Program-made: the position numbers and the translations under genes
Source of the DNA: a virus
Lineage: Duplodnaviria; Caudoviricetes
Virus record (IMG/VR): IMGVR_UViG_3300048598_000532
Location: 1-38,915 of that record
Direction: 5' to 3' (one strand)
Length of the DNA: 38,915 nt
Notes under the pieces: generated by a model
The model's database searches: none
The model's input: the letters and a program-made list of their open reading frames with translations, nothing else
Told to the model about the DNA's origin: nothing
Shown: one piece after another, positions 8,947-18,267 of the stretch
Layout: every line of letters begins with the position of its first letter
How positions within the stretch are numbered: position 1 is the stretch's first letter

Positions 8947-11201
8947 CAGTATTGCCTCCGGGCGTTGCGGGCCATGGCCTCTTCGATGAGGCGCACCAGC
9001 TCATGTTGGCGTTCTTTGAGGGCGGCTATGAGGTCGTCCTTGGTCATACCGGTGCCGCCCTGGATGGTGATCTGGGGCGCGAAGTGGACGGTGACGGCGC
9101 CGCCGCCATGGGCCGGAGCGGCGGCAAGCGCCGGGCGCGGCATTGCGGAGGCGTGGGCCGAGGCGACCATGGCCGGCGAGGATAACGAGGCCATGGCCGG
9201 CGAGGTGAGCGGCGCCAGGGCCAACATACCGGCAGTGGCCGCCGCGCGCATGGCGTTGACCAGGGACGCGGGATGCACGGACTCGGCAATGGTTTCGATG
9301 ATCCGGACGCGGTTGAGGTCCCGCAAGGGGCCTTCCTTGGCCGGCGAAAACGGCCAGTAGGATCGGACCTTGGCGGCGACCTCGGCAACGCCGGCATAGA
9401 GTCGGCCGGCGGCAGATTTGATACCGGCGAGGAGCTGGTCGATCATGCCAACGCCTGCATTATAAAGCTTGGCCGGCAGGTCGAAAAAGGCTTGCGCCAG
9501 TTGCGCCACAAACTTGATGGCTTCGGCGATGCCTCGGCCGACGCGGTAGCCAAAGGCTTGGGCCGCCGTCTCGGTCTGGGTTATGGGCGCAATCAAGCGG
9601 CCGAACCAACTGATGAGCTGGCTGATGGCATCCACCCAGGGCCGAAGGAAAAAGTTGTAGGCGGCCCGTCCCAGAGCAAGGATGGGAGCAAACCAGCCAG
9701 CAACTTGGCTGCCGATGGACTTGAGCGGGGCCAGCCCGGCTGATATCCCTTGCCAAACGCCCCGAAAGAACGCGCTGATCTTGCCCCAATGCTGGATGAT
9801 GAGTGCGGCACCGGCGGCAATCCCGGCCACGGCAATGCCAATGGGCGAGACGATGGCGGCAACCACTCCGAGCAGTACCGACAAACCGCTGGCGACCGCC
9901 CCGGCCACGATGCCCAGCCCTCCCAGGACCACCAAGAGGCCGCCCACAGCCAGGGCTCCCAGCCCCAACCATTTGACCAAATCTTGATTTGCGGCCACCC
10001 AGTCCATGAGCGGACCACCCACGAAATCGTTGGCCGCGTGGATGAGTGGATAGAGCGCTGTGACCACGGGACCACCCACGGCCGCCCAGAAATTTTCGAT
10101 GGTGCCTGTGAGCGCCTCCCAAGTGTTGCGCGCGGATTTGTTGACCTCCTCAATGCGCTGCATGAGGTCGGCTTGCCGGGCCATGGTATCCATGGCCCGG
10201 TGGAGACCGGACACGCCGGCCTCGGACAGCATGGCTGCCACGCGGCCGCCCTCGGAACCGAAAATCTTGTTCATGACATTGAGCTTTTCCTGCTCGGTCA
10301 GGACCTTGAGCTTCTCCAGCTCGCCAACCATCTTTTCCAGACCCACGAAATGGCCGGCACTGTCAAAGAACTGCATACTGATCCCGGCATGGCGCAAATC
10401 AGCATTGATCTCCTTCATGACTTTGGAATTCTTGCCCAGCTTCTGTTCCATTTGGCCGATGTTGTTAAGCATGGACGAGAAATTGGTGCCGAACACCGAA
10501 CCCTCCATACCCTTCTGGCGGGCGATGCCCTGCATTGCCAAAAACATCTTGGTGTTTGCAATGCCGGTCAGCTTGAGGTTGTTCAAAGTGCTGCCAGCAT
10601 ATTGGGCGGCGTATTTGATTTCTTCGGGATTGAGGCCAAATCCGAACTTGGCACGCTGTGTGAGATCGGCCATCTTGACCAGTTCGTTGTCCGCCAAACC
10701 GAACGCTTCCCGAAATTTCGCCGTCATCTCGGCGGCCTGTGCTGGCACCTGTTTGAGGACCACCCCCAAGTACGAGGCGGATTTCAGCCCACCATTCGTG
10801 ATGGATTCAATGGAGGTTCCGTTTTCAAGGAGTGCCGTGGCGGCATTGGTAAAATCCGCAGTATTCCCCTTGAGAATATTGCCCAACTCGATAGATTGTT
10901 TGTTTATTTCAGCAATCTGCGGCGGGATCTGGCCCAGGTTGTCCATCATGGCCACCCGCAGGTTGGTGCTGGCATCATCCAGATCCGCGAAGGCCTTGAT
11001 GGGCGTTTCCATGGCTGTGAGGATGCCATGCCCCATCACGCTGGCCTTGGTGCCCATCTCGGTGAGTTTGGCCGAGACCTCGGAAATCTTGTGTTGGAGC
11101 TTGGTGAACCCGTGGGTTGCCTTGTCCGTGGCGCCGTTGATGACGCCGCTCATCTTGTCGATGGCGGTCAGGACGATGCCGATCTGGACCAGGCTGTTCA
11201 T
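8946..11201 (-). CDS. Tail tape measure protein
   Basis: 751 aa, helical, hydrophobic central segments, SPAKEGPL motif; position after the chaperones. Confidence 0.93.
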   Translation of the reverse strand: MNSLVQIGIVLTAIDKMSGVINGATDKATHGFTKLQHKISEVSAKLTEMGTKASVMGHGILTAMETPIKAFADLDDASTNLRVAMMDNLGQIPPQIAEINKQSIELGNILKGNTADFTNAATALLENGTSIESITNGGLKSASYLGVVLKQVPAQAAEMTAKFREAFGLADNELVKMADLTQRAKFGFGLNPEEIKYAAQYAGSTLNNLKLTGIANTKMFLAMQGIARQKGMEGSVFGTNFSSMLNNIGQMEQKLGKNSKVMKEINADLRHAGISMQFFDSAGHFVGLEKMVGELEKLKVLTEQEKLNVMNKIFGSEGGRVAAMLSEAGVSGLHRAMDTMARQADLMQRIEEVNKSARNTWEALTGTIENFWAAVGGPVVTALYPLIHAANDFVGGPLMDWVAANQDLVKWLGLGALAVGGLLVVLGGLGIVAGAVASGLSVLLGVVAAIVSPIGIAVAGIAAGAALIIQHWGKISAFFRGVWQGISAGLAPLKSIGSQVAGWFAPILALGRAAYNFFLRPWVDAISQLISWFGRLIAPITQTETAAQAFGYRVGRGIAEAIKFVAQLAQAFFDLPAKLYNAGVGMIDQLLAGIKSAAGRLYAGVAEVAAKVRSYWPFSPAKEGPLRDLNRVRIIETIAESVHPASLVNAMRAAATAGMLALAPLTSPAMASLSSPAMVASAHASAMPRPALAAAPAHGGGAVTVHFAPQITIQGGTGMTKDDLIAALKERQHELVRLIEEAMARNARRQY

Positions 11202-11239
11202 AGGGCTCCAGGCGAGCCGGGGCGGAAAACCCGCCCCGG

Positions 11240-11386
11240 CTACTCAGCTTTGTGCATCTCGTTGTGATACTCCACGGCCTGCCGGCACCACCGGGCCAGC
11301 TCCACCGCGTCCATGTCCATCAGCTCGGCATGGCTCCAGCCCGTCACTGCGGCGAGGTGGAGGACGGACCGCTCGTCGACAAAAAA
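11240..11386 (-). CDS. gpE'-like tail chaperone extension reached by a -1 frameshift at TTTTTTG (11386-11380)
   Basis: -1 frame gives VDERSVLHLAAVTGWSHAELMDMDAVELARWCRQAVEYHNEMHKAE*, a P2 gpE'-like W..EL..M...EL..W pattern. Confidence 0.85.
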   Translation of the reverse strand, partial: FFVDERSVLHLAAVTGWSHAELMDMDAVELARWCRQAVEYHNEMHKAE

Positions 11387-11793
11387 TCGTTGCCGTAGAA
11401 GTCCGAGAACCGGCTGGTCAGGCGCATGACGTCGGCCAGCCCCATGTCGAGCACATCCTCCATGACGCGTTTGCCGCCGTCGAAGGTGCAGAGACTGGCG
11501 AGCAAGGCGTACATGATCTGATGCGGGTCCTGGCCGGCCATGCGCTGGGCGGCGAGCAAGTCGCGGCCTTTGCCCCGCCGCATGACGCAGGTCACGCCCG
11601 AGGGCAGCACGAACGGTTCCTCCCCGGGCACGATCTGGGGCGGGGCCGGCTCGGTCGGGGGCGTGGCCTCCTCCGGAGCCGGGTCGGGCTGGGCCTGGTC
11701 GGCAGGCTGCGGATCAATCGGGGCATCGGACTGGACATCGGCCGGGATGGGCTGTTCCGGGATCTGGGTCGGATCGATGTTCGAATCGGACAT
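11344..11793 (-). CDS. Tail assembly chaperone (gpE/gp41-like) with an acidic Pro-rich N-terminus
   Basis: MRRGKGRDL...EDVLDMGLADV; lies between tube and tape measure. Confidence 0.85.
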   Translation of the reverse strand: MSDSNIDPTQIPEQPIPADVQSDAPIDPQPADQAQPDPAPEEATPPTEPAPPQIVPGEEPFVLPSGVTCVMRRGKGRDLLAAQRMAGQDPHQIMYALLASLCTFDGGKRVMEDVLDMGLADVMRLTSRFSDFYGNDFLSTSGPSSTSPQ

Positions 11794-11808
11794 AAAGAGC
11801 TCCTTGTG

Positions 11809-12333
11809 TTACGCGCCGATGTTGGCGCGGTAGGTGGCCAGCAGATCGACACCGCCGACCTTGAGGATGTTGGACAGGACATCAACCTCATAGAGTTCCA
11901 CGCCGTTGTTGACGCATTTGAGGTAGGTCACGTTGAACTTGCTCGGGAATTCGGCCGGATTGGCCTGCTTGTATTCGCCGAAGGCGATCTCCTTGAACGT
12001 ACCCCGCAGATGCACCACATAGGGAACCTCCGCGATCAGGCCGGCATCCGTCCAGGACTGGAGCGAACCGCGCACTTGCAGGGCCGTGGCCGTGAAAGGA
12101 TCGCAGACCGAGGGCATGACGTCAGGATAGAATGAGGCCCACTTGAAATCGGCTTCGAGCTTGTCGATGCCGACAAAGAGATCCACCTTGCCGATCATGC
12201 CCAAGGCCTTGTGCTCGGCCATGGTATATTTGACGGCCGGAACCTTGGCCTCCTCGCAACGGCCGAGCTGGCTCGATCCGTCCAGGTAGACGTTGCAGTT
12301 GGCCAGCCGGTTGATGGTGATGAGACTGCTCAT
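11809..12333 (-). CDS. Major tail tube protein (P2 FII-like)
   Basis: NVYLDG..LGRCEE.KVP..GMIG..GIDKLEA..EVDVLSNI..VGGVD. Confidence 0.92.
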   Translation of the reverse strand: MSSLITINRLANCNVYLDGSSQLGRCEEAKVPAVKYTMAEHKALGMIGKVDLFVGIDKLEADFKWASFYPDVMPSVCDPFTATALQVRGSLQSWTDAGLIAEVPYVVHLRGTFKEIAFGEYKQANPAEFPSKFNVTYLKCVNNGVELYEVDVLSNILKVGGVDLLATYRANIGA

Positions 12334-12347
12334 GTCCGCACCGCTCC

Positions 12348-13826
12348 TTAGCTGGTCGTATTGGCCGTGCTGTTGAGGTCGGAGAGATAGTTGATGTTGA
12401 CCCGGGCCTCGAACGTTATCCTTTCAGCGGGTGGGGGCGGCATGAAGTCGTATGAGAACACGATGTGCCCGGCGGCCAGCTCCGTGGCCTCATTGAGCGA
12501 CTTGTCGTACCAGCACTTGCCATCGATGATGGCGCCACGCGCGATCAAAGTGCGCAGGAAGGCGTTGACCGACTCGGTCACCGCGTCGATGAAGGCGTTG
12601 TTGATTGGACGGTCGACGAATTGCAGGGAACTTTGCTCCACGGACTCGGCAATGATGTCCGCCACCCGCCGGATGCAGACGAACTGTTTGGGGCCGGTGT
12701 TGGTGGGCCAGGCGGCCGAGCGGTTGCCCCAGGCGCGCAGGCCCGTGGCATAGGCGTTGAAGATGGTGGTGATGCCCACCTCGTTGAGCTGGTTGACCTC
12801 ACTGTTGGGGTCATTGATACCAGCCGTCAGCAGCACCTCCATGCCGGTGATGCCCTTGATCTCGTGGTTGCTGAGGCTCCACCAGTAGCCCTGATCCAGG
12901 TCCACGGCCGCCTGCAACCCGGCTAGGCGCGACGACAACGGCTCCAAGGTCGTGGTGTCGGTGTCCGTGTCGTAGACCTTGACGTGGGGGTAGCACAGGA
13001 CCGCCCGGTAGCTGGACGTGTCAAAGGCAATGGCGCCGGAGGTGCCGCGTCCGGCCAGGGCCTGCTGGAAGGTGGTGCCCACCGGTGCGTCGACGAAGGC
13101 GATGGCGCGCAACGCCTCGGCCTTGACAATCAGCTCGGCCATCACTCCGGCCAAGGGCGAATAGCCAGGCGCGATGAGCAACTTGGGCCAATAGCCAAAC
13201 AGGCTGTGGGCATCGAGCCATGCCTGCATGCCGGTGCGTTCGCCGGCCGCGTTGGTCTCGCCGATGATGTCGGAGGCCACAACCTTGCTCGGATCGGCGT
13301 AGGTGTAGGCCACCTTGACCGTGGCTCCGGCGGCGATGGTCCCACCGGCCACCCGGGTGATGGTGCCCTCCACCGCGTCCAGGGCGTAGTCGGTACCCAG
13401 GACATAGGTGGTGGTGCCGTCGCTCGATTTGACCGTCACGGCCGACAATCCGTAATGCCCCAGGTCGATCACCCCGTCGCTGTCAAAGGTCTTGGCCGCC
13501 TCGGGCACGGCCGTCTTGTGCGTGTCGGGGTCGAAGACGTTGATGACGATCACCGCTCCGTAGCCGGAGTTGTCGGACTGCTGGTCGCGGATGGCGTCCA
13601 GGGCCTGGGGGATGGTGTAGCCGTCCCGGGCCGTGCCGAAATACTGGGCGGCCGTCTTGTCATTCAGGACCACAATCGGTTGATTGATGGTCCGGTAGGC
13701 CTCGGCGCATTCAAAAATGGGCGCGGTGCCGACCAGACCGATGACGGCCGTCTTGACCAGGCTGATGGAGACGGCGCCATCGTCGATCTCGGTGGTCTCG
13801 ACGCCGTGCAGATAGTTAGCTGCCAT
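12348..13826 (-). CDS. Contractile tail sheath protein (P2 FI-like)
   Basis: MAANYLHGVET..TAVIGLVGTAP, PKLLIAPG, GYWWSLSN, WGNRS and PPPAERITF motifs. Confidence 0.95.
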   Translation of the reverse strand: MAANYLHGVETTEIDDGAVSISLVKTAVIGLVGTAPIFECAEAYRTINQPIVVLNDKTAAQYFGTARDGYTIPQALDAIRDQQSDNSGYGAVIVINVFDPDTHKTAVPEAAKTFDSDGVIDLGHYGLSAVTVKSSDGTTTYVLGTDYALDAVEGTITRVAGGTIAAGATVKVAYTYADPSKVVASDIIGETNAAGERTGMQAWLDAHSLFGYWPKLLIAPGYSPLAGVMAELIVKAEALRAIAFVDAPVGTTFQQALAGRGTSGAIAFDTSSYRAVLCYPHVKVYDTDTDTTTLEPLSSRLAGLQAAVDLDQGYWWSLSNHEIKGITGMEVLLTAGINDPNSEVNQLNEVGITTIFNAYATGLRAWGNRSAAWPTNTGPKQFVCIRRVADIIAESVEQSSLQFVDRPINNAFIDAVTESVNAFLRTLIARGAIIDGKCWYDKSLNEATELAAGHIVFSYDFMPPPPAERITFEARVNINYLSDLNSTANTTS

Positions 13827-14124
13827 TGGCGGCCCCCGTGGCGGTCGTGCCGGTCGAGGCGGCCCCCGAGCTGGCGGCGCCGGCCGAAGTCGTGGTGGTG
13901 CTCGCGGTCGCCGCACTCGCGGAGGCCGTGGCGGTCGCGGTCGTGACCGTGGTGGTGGCCGCGACCGGCCCGAGCAGGGTCAGATGTTTGCGGGCCACGA
14001 GCGCCTTGACATAGGCGTTGTCGTCCGGGAGCGTGACCTCGGCCCCGGGCGACAGCAGCACGTCGCGGCCGCCGGCCAGGGTCACGGCCGACAACGGCCC
14101 CTGATAACGGTATCGCTTCTCCAT
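13816..14124 (-). CDS. Small hypothetical protein with a Thr/Ala low-complexity tail
   Basis: GGAGG RBS; YRYQGPLSAVTL N-terminus; usual small gene before the sheath. Confidence 0.75.
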   Translation of the reverse strand: MEKRYRYQGPLSAVTLAGGRDVLLSPGAEVTLPDDNAYVKALVARKHLTLLGPVAATTTVTTATATASASAATASTTTTSAGAASSGAASTGTTATGAANGS

Positions 14125-14127
14125 GGA

Positions 14128-14619
14128 TTACCTCTCCGCAGTAATGATCTCGCCGTCCGGATCGCGCAGGCTGATCTTGGCGGCGGCCAGGGCCATGGCC
14201 ACGTCGTCGGGCAACATGGCCTGGGACACCCAGGGCACGTCGGCGGCATAGACGGCGGTGTAGGTCCACACGCCGTTGCTCACATCCTCGAACCGTTCCC
14301 GGGTCGGATAGAACCGGGCGCCCTTGATGTCCTGGTTGGACACGGCCAACCGGATGGCCGACAGCACGGCGTAGGCGCCGGCGTGGGTGCGCAGGGATCG
14401 GGTTTTGACGACAAGCTGGTATTCGAGGTGCTGGGTCTGGGCCGCGCCAGCCAAGACGCTCGGACCGCCGAACCGGCCGCCGCCGTACCCGACCAGCACC
14501 GCGCCGCTGGGATGGGTCAGGCGGTAGTTGTCCGGATTGTCCGGGAACGGCTGGACGGCCAGATCCGGCAGCGCGGCGGCCAGGACCGCCACCAGTTCGG
14601 TTTCGATGGCTTCAATCAC
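14128..14619 (-). CDS. Mu gp37-like tail completion/terminator protein
   Basis: VQPFPDNPDNYRLTHPSGAVLVGY.G..F motif; follows gp36. Confidence 0.82.
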   Translation of the reverse strand: MIEAIETELVAVLAAALPDLAVQPFPDNPDNYRLTHPSGAVLVGYGGGRFGGPSVLAGAAQTQHLEYQLVVKTRSLRTHAGAYAVLSAIRLAVSNQDIKGARFYPTRERFEDVSNGVWTYTAVYAADVPWVSQAMLPDDVAMALAAAKISLRDPDGEIITAER

Positions 14620-15069
14620 TTAAAATGACTCCAGGGTGTCTTCGCCGAAGACCCGGCGGCGGTCGTTGACCCGGACGCTGGACGCATGGGGCGCGGAATC
14701 GGGCTGGCCGGCGGCCACGCCCAGGGTGACCTTGCCGGCCTGGATCTCGCGCAGGAGCCGCAAGGCCGTATCGTAGCCGCGCTCCAGGTTCTTCGGAGCC
14801 TCGCCGTTGGCATTGGCGTCGGGCCGGCGGGTCCAGAGGCGATAGGAGACCAGGTCGGCCGTGATCTCCCGCACCAGGCCCGGGACGGGATCGAGCGGCA
14901 GCACGTAGCGGTCGCGCAAATACCCGTCCACGACCTCGCCGGCCGCTGCGATCTCCGCGTCGAGCACGTCGGTGTCCACGGATGATGGCGGCACGGCGTC
15001 GTCGGTCAGCTCGATCAGCCGGTCCCGGGTCAACCGCCGTTCAAGGTCGGACAAGGCGCAGTAGGCCAC
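14620..15069 (-). CDS. Mu gp36 (DUF1320) head-tail adaptor
   Basis: MAYCALSDL..L..LTD..VDGYL..RY.LPL..Y..AL..L..I..GKVTLG. Confidence 0.92.
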   Translation of the reverse strand: MAYCALSDLERRLTRDRLIELTDDAVPPSSVDTDVLDAEIAAAGEVVDGYLRDRYVLPLDPVPGLVREITADLVSYRLWTRRPDANANGEAPKNLERGYDTALRLLREIQAGKVTLGVAAGQPDSAPHASSVRVNDRRRVFGEDTLESF

Positions 15070-15072
15070 GGT

Positions 15073-15348
15073 TTATTTCCCTTCGGCCGTCTTGGCGGCC
15101 TTGGTCTTGCCGGCATCGGCCGTGGTGTTCGCCGCAGCTTCGGCGCCGGTGTCGGTCTTGGCCGCCCCGGTGTCGGGCGTGCCGGCGGGATCGGTCTTGG
15201 CCGGTTCGGGTGCGTCCGGTTCCTCGACCTCTTCGGCCGCCCCGGCGGCGACCAGGGACACGGCGGCCAGCTCGGCGATGTCGGCGATCACCCCGGGTTC
15301 CAGCACGTCGCCGTCGTGCAACACCGCATGCAGCAACTTGATCTTCAT
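15073..15348 (-). CDS. Small head-associated hypothetical protein (gp35 position)
   Basis: VLHDG..LEPG...LVAAGAAE plus low-complexity tail; GGAGG RBS. Confidence 0.75.
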   Translation of the reverse strand: MKIKLLHAVLHDGDVLEPGVIADIAELAAVSLVAAGAAEEVEEPDAPEPAKTDPAGTPDTGAAKTDTGAEAAANTTADAGKTKAAKTAEGK

Positions 15349-15357
15349 GGTGCCTCC

Positions 15358-16290
15358 TTACGCGGCCACGTTTTGCAGGAAATAGGCGGCATCGGGGCAG
15401 GTGATCACCTCGGCCGTGGACTCGCCGGCCCGGACCTTGGTGCCGCCGCGCAGGCCAATCTCCTTGGTGTCCCAGGCCCCGGCCACAGGCTGGCCGAAAG
15501 GGACGGTCATGCCGAAGGTCACGTCCCGCTGGGGCGCGGCCTGGCGGTTGCGGTAGGTCAGTGCAATGTGCTTGCCCCAGCACCGGGCCAGATTGGCCGC
15601 CTGCCCCTTGCGGGCGGTATTGACGAAGGCCTCGCCGACCAGGATCTCGTCCAGCTCGAACAGATCGGCCACGTCCTGGCGCCGGGCGATGCCGGACTCA
15701 CCGGCATTGCGCAGGCAGGCGGACACGATCTCCGGGTGCCGGGACAGCACGGACCAGGCCGGACGGCCGATGACCATGGTGTTGGGCCGGATCACGCACG
15801 CGTCCAGGGCGTTGGCGATGGTGGCGATGGGATGGCTGTTGGTGGTGTCCGAGAACTGGGAGGTGCCGGACAAGGTCACCTTGTTGGCTGTCGGGTAGGT
15901 GGCGGCGTTGAACACCAGGCCGGCCACCCGCACCTCGCGGTCCAGGGCGAGCAGGTTCATGATGTATTCCACGGAATTGGCGCGCGGGTCGATGCCGACC
16001 GGCGCATTGGCCATGTCCGAAGCCGGGATGGAGTCTTCCAGGCCGTAGTCCGTGGTGCTGCCCGTCTTCTCCTCGGCCGTGAACTCGACCTGGTTCACCT
16101 TGCCCCGGCGCCCAACCTTGGTGTCCGGGACCGTGAAGCCCTGGGCCAGGTTATAGAGGAAATAGATGAATTCCTCCTTGGACACGGGCGTGACCCGGGG
16201 CAGCACCAGGTCGGCGATCATCGCCCGGTTGCGGTAGGCGATGGCGATCCCGGTAAGTTCCGGGATTATCGGAAACGGTGCGCGCGGCAT
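15358..16290 (-). CDS. Major capsid protein
   Basis: 310 aa; PELTGIAIAYRN..IADLVLPRV, RPNTMVIGR..W..L..HP and WGKH motifs; follows protease and decoration genes. Confidence 0.88.
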   Translation of the reverse strand: MPRAPFPIIPELTGIAIAYRNRAMIADLVLPRVTPVSKEEFIYFLYNLAQGFTVPDTKVGRRGKVNQVEFTAEEKTGSTTDYGLEDSIPASDMANAPVGIDPRANSVEYIMNLLALDREVRVAGLVFNAATYPTANKVTLSGTSQFSDTTNSHPIATIANALDACVIRPNTMVIGRPAWSVLSRHPEIVSACLRNAGESGIARRQDVADLFELDEILVGEAFVNTARKGQAANLARCWGKHIALTYRNRQAAPQRDVTFGMTVPFGQPVAGAWDTKEIGLRGGTKVRAGESTAEVITCPDAAYFLQNVAA

Positions 16291-16302
16291 CTTATCCTCC
16301 TG

Positions 16303-16674
16303 TTACCCCTGGATCTGGCCCAGGATGATGAGTACGTCGATGATGTCGCCGGACACTCCGGCGGACAGGGCCCGGCCCACGATCTGGGCGTTGACCCCGG
16401 CGGCCGGAGCGGCGGCCACGGCCGTGCCGTTGGCGCCAGCCGTGAGCCACGCGCCGTAGGTGACGGTGCCGCCCAGACTCACCTCGACAATGCCGGTGTG
16501 GATCACGTCGAGGCGCTCGCCATCGGTGACGTCGAGGCGCTCGGCCACGCCCAGGATGGCATCGGTGCTGGCCGTGGCCACGGCCACGGTGCCTTCGCTG
16601 GCGCCCGCCTTGACAAGGGCCCGAGCGGAGACGGCCCCGCTGGCCACATAGGTTTTGGTCAATCCCGGATTCAT
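16303..16674 (-). CDS. Capsid decoration/cement protein (DUF2190-like)
   Basis: Gly/Ala-rich; ILGVA...GIVEV.LGGTV..G..LTAGANG.AV...VGRAL..GDIIDV. Confidence 0.8.
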   Translation of the reverse strand: MNPGLTKTYVASGAVSARALVKAGASEGTVAVATASTDAILGVAERLDVTDGERLDVIHTGIVEVSLGGTVTYGAWLTAGANGTAVAAAPAAGVNAQIVGRALSAGVSGDIIDVLIILGQIQG

Positions 16675-17213
16675 TTGCGGGCTCCCTCTTGTGTTTCGCG
16701 CATCACCTCGGCCTGCGCTTCGGCAAAGCTCATGGTGCGGCCGGCCGCCTCGGCCTGGTCGACCTTGTCGCGGATCTTGGCGGCCATTTCATTGGCGTTG
16801 AGGCCTCCGGGATTGCCGGCGGCGCGGCCATGGGTGGCGAGTTCATTAAACTCGACCTGGACCGGCAGGCTTTCGAGAAAGGCTTTGAACACGTCGGTGA
16901 CGGGCTTTTTCACCGTCTTGTCGCCCTCGGCGAAGTCCATGGTCCCGGCCCCATCGAGCCGCTCCATGAAATCCACGGCCAGGCCCCGCTGGAAATCGGT
17001 GAGCTGGCCCGTGGCCGCGAGCCCCTCGCAGAACCGGGCGATCTCGCCCCGGCGGCCGGTGGCCACGGTGGCGTCCACGCGGTTGGTCAGGGCCTGGTTG
17101 GCCATTTCCAGGGCGGCGATTTGCTTGTCCTTGGCGGTCATGGCCTCGGAAAACTCGGCCATTTTGGCGTTCAGGGCCGCCAGCTGGACGGCCGTGTCGT
17201 TGCTGCCCGTCAT
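16671..17213 (-). CDS. Putative in-frame internal scaffold protein (Mu gpZ-like)
   Basis: AAGGAGG (17224-17218) just upstream of an in-frame ATG at 17213, at the protease/coiled-coil boundary. Confidence 0.6.
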   Translation of the reverse strand: MTGSNDTAVQLAALNAKMAEFSEAMTAKDKQIAALEMANQALTNRVDATVATGRRGEIARFCEGLAATGQLTDFQRGLAVDFMERLDGAGTMDFAEGDKTVKKPVTDVFKAFLESLPVQVEFNELATHGRAAGNPGGLNANEMAAKIRDKVDQAEAAGRTMSFAEAQAEVMRETQEGARK

Positions 17214-17732
17214 GGGCGCCTCCTTGAAGGCCGGAGACCCGGCCGGTTTGTCGTTGTGCGGCAAGGACAGACCCAGGAAGTCCGCAAAACGGGCGAAAAA
17301 GGATTTCTCGGGGTCCGGCTCCTCGCCGAATTCGTAGGTGACGGCCTCGCCCTCGGCGAACTGGACGTCCTTGAGGCCCTTGACAGCCGGAGGGACAGCC
17401 CCCAGCCAGCCGACGTGGCGCAACGTGCCGTCCGGATACAAGGAAATCGAACGCTTCTTGAACAGGCCGCGCCGGACGGCGTCCTCGAACTCGGGCTGCA
17501 CATCCTTGAAGTCCATGAAAAGGCCAGGCCCTTCCCGGTACACCTTCTCGACCCAGCCAAAAGCAGGCGCATTCTGCGCGGGATGACCGATGACAATGGG
17601 AGCCTCGTGGTAGGCCGGGTTGTACGTCGCAACCTTGTCCAGATCGGCCTCGGTGACGGTGTGCTTCCTCCCGGCGCTGTCCGTGTGGGTGCCCACGCGG
17701 AAAACTTCGACGCGTTTGAACGGATCAGCCAT
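16671..17732 (-). CDS. Prohead protease/scaffold (Mu gpI-like)
   Basis: EVFRVGTH, APIVIGHP..NAPAFGWV, KKRSISLY and LRHVGWLGAVPPAVKGL motifs; coiled-coil C-terminus. Confidence 0.9.
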   Translation of the reverse strand: MADPFKRVEVFRVGTHTDSAGRKHTVTEADLDKVATYNPAYHEAPIVIGHPAQNAPAFGWVEKVYREGPGLFMDFKDVQPEFEDAVRRGLFKKRSISLYPDGTLRHVGWLGAVPPAVKGLKDVQFAEGEAVTYEFGEEPDPEKSFFARFADFLGLSLPHNDKPAGSPAFKEAPMTGSNDTAVQLAALNAKMAEFSEAMTAKDKQIAALEMANQALTNRVDATVATGRRGEIARFCEGLAATGQLTDFQRGLAVDFMERLDGAGTMDFAEGDKTVKKPVTDVFKAFLESLPVQVEFNELATHGRAAGNPGGLNANEMAAKIRDKVDQAEAAGRTMSFAEAQAEVMRETQEGARK

Positions 17733-18267
17733 TATCGGCCTCCTTGGTGTAGGGCGCGAGCTGCCAGGGCGTGGGCAACAGCGTTCGGAGTTCACCGGGG
17801 GAAATCACCCGGGATTGCGGCGGGAGAATGCCGTGCTCGGCCAGGATAAAAGCCACGAGCTGTGAGCAGACCGGCCGGCGCATGGTGTTGCGCACGGCAC
17901 GCCAGGCCAGGGCAAGCAGGGTCCGGAACCCATAGCCAAGATGGGCGCTCGCCAGATTGAGTGCGGTGCGAATGACGGCAACAATCTGGCCGTCAGCAAG
18001 GTCAAGCTTATGGATAAGGATGTCGCCGTCATAGGCATCAAACCGATCCGAGGCCCGGTTAAGCACAACGCCCTCGGGCATGGCTTCGACCAGCAGGACG
18101 CTCCCGTACACATTGAAGCCGAGCGAACTGTGCGAACCTCCCGGGGCATGACGGCGGATCAACCGGGACAACAGCGAGTCGCCGACCCAGGTGACCACAA
18201 ACACATTCAGCTCCGGTCGCAACTCGGCATAGGGCTTGACGCCCTTGATGCAACGCAAATTGATCAT
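17725..18267 (-). CDS. Permuted papain-like NlpC/P60 (YiiX/YaeF-like) hydrolase
   Basis: His before Cys: GGSHSSLG..LLVEA..GV...GYGF...CSQLVA...ISPGEL. Confidence 0.72.
   Translation of the reverse strand: MINLRCIKGVKPYAELRPELNVFVVTWVGDSLLSRLIRRHAPGGSHSSLGFNVYGSVLLVEAMPEGVVLNRASDRFDAYDGDILIHKLDLADGQIVAVIRTALNLASAHLGYGFRTLLALAWRAVRNTMRRPVCSQLVAFILAEHGILPPQSRVISPGELRTLLPTPWQLAPYTKEADNG

Noticed and set aside
13826-13965. GTGGCGGTC-type repeats as a non-coding array
   Set aside because: 3-nt periodicity explained by the Thr/Ala low-complexity coding tail.
7947-17849. Long plus-strand ORFs (e.g. 7960-9360, 9750-11267, 10060-12135, 15316-17337, 16689-17849)
   Set aside because: Antisense shadows of well-supported minus-strand structural genes in high-GC DNA; no recognisable motifs.
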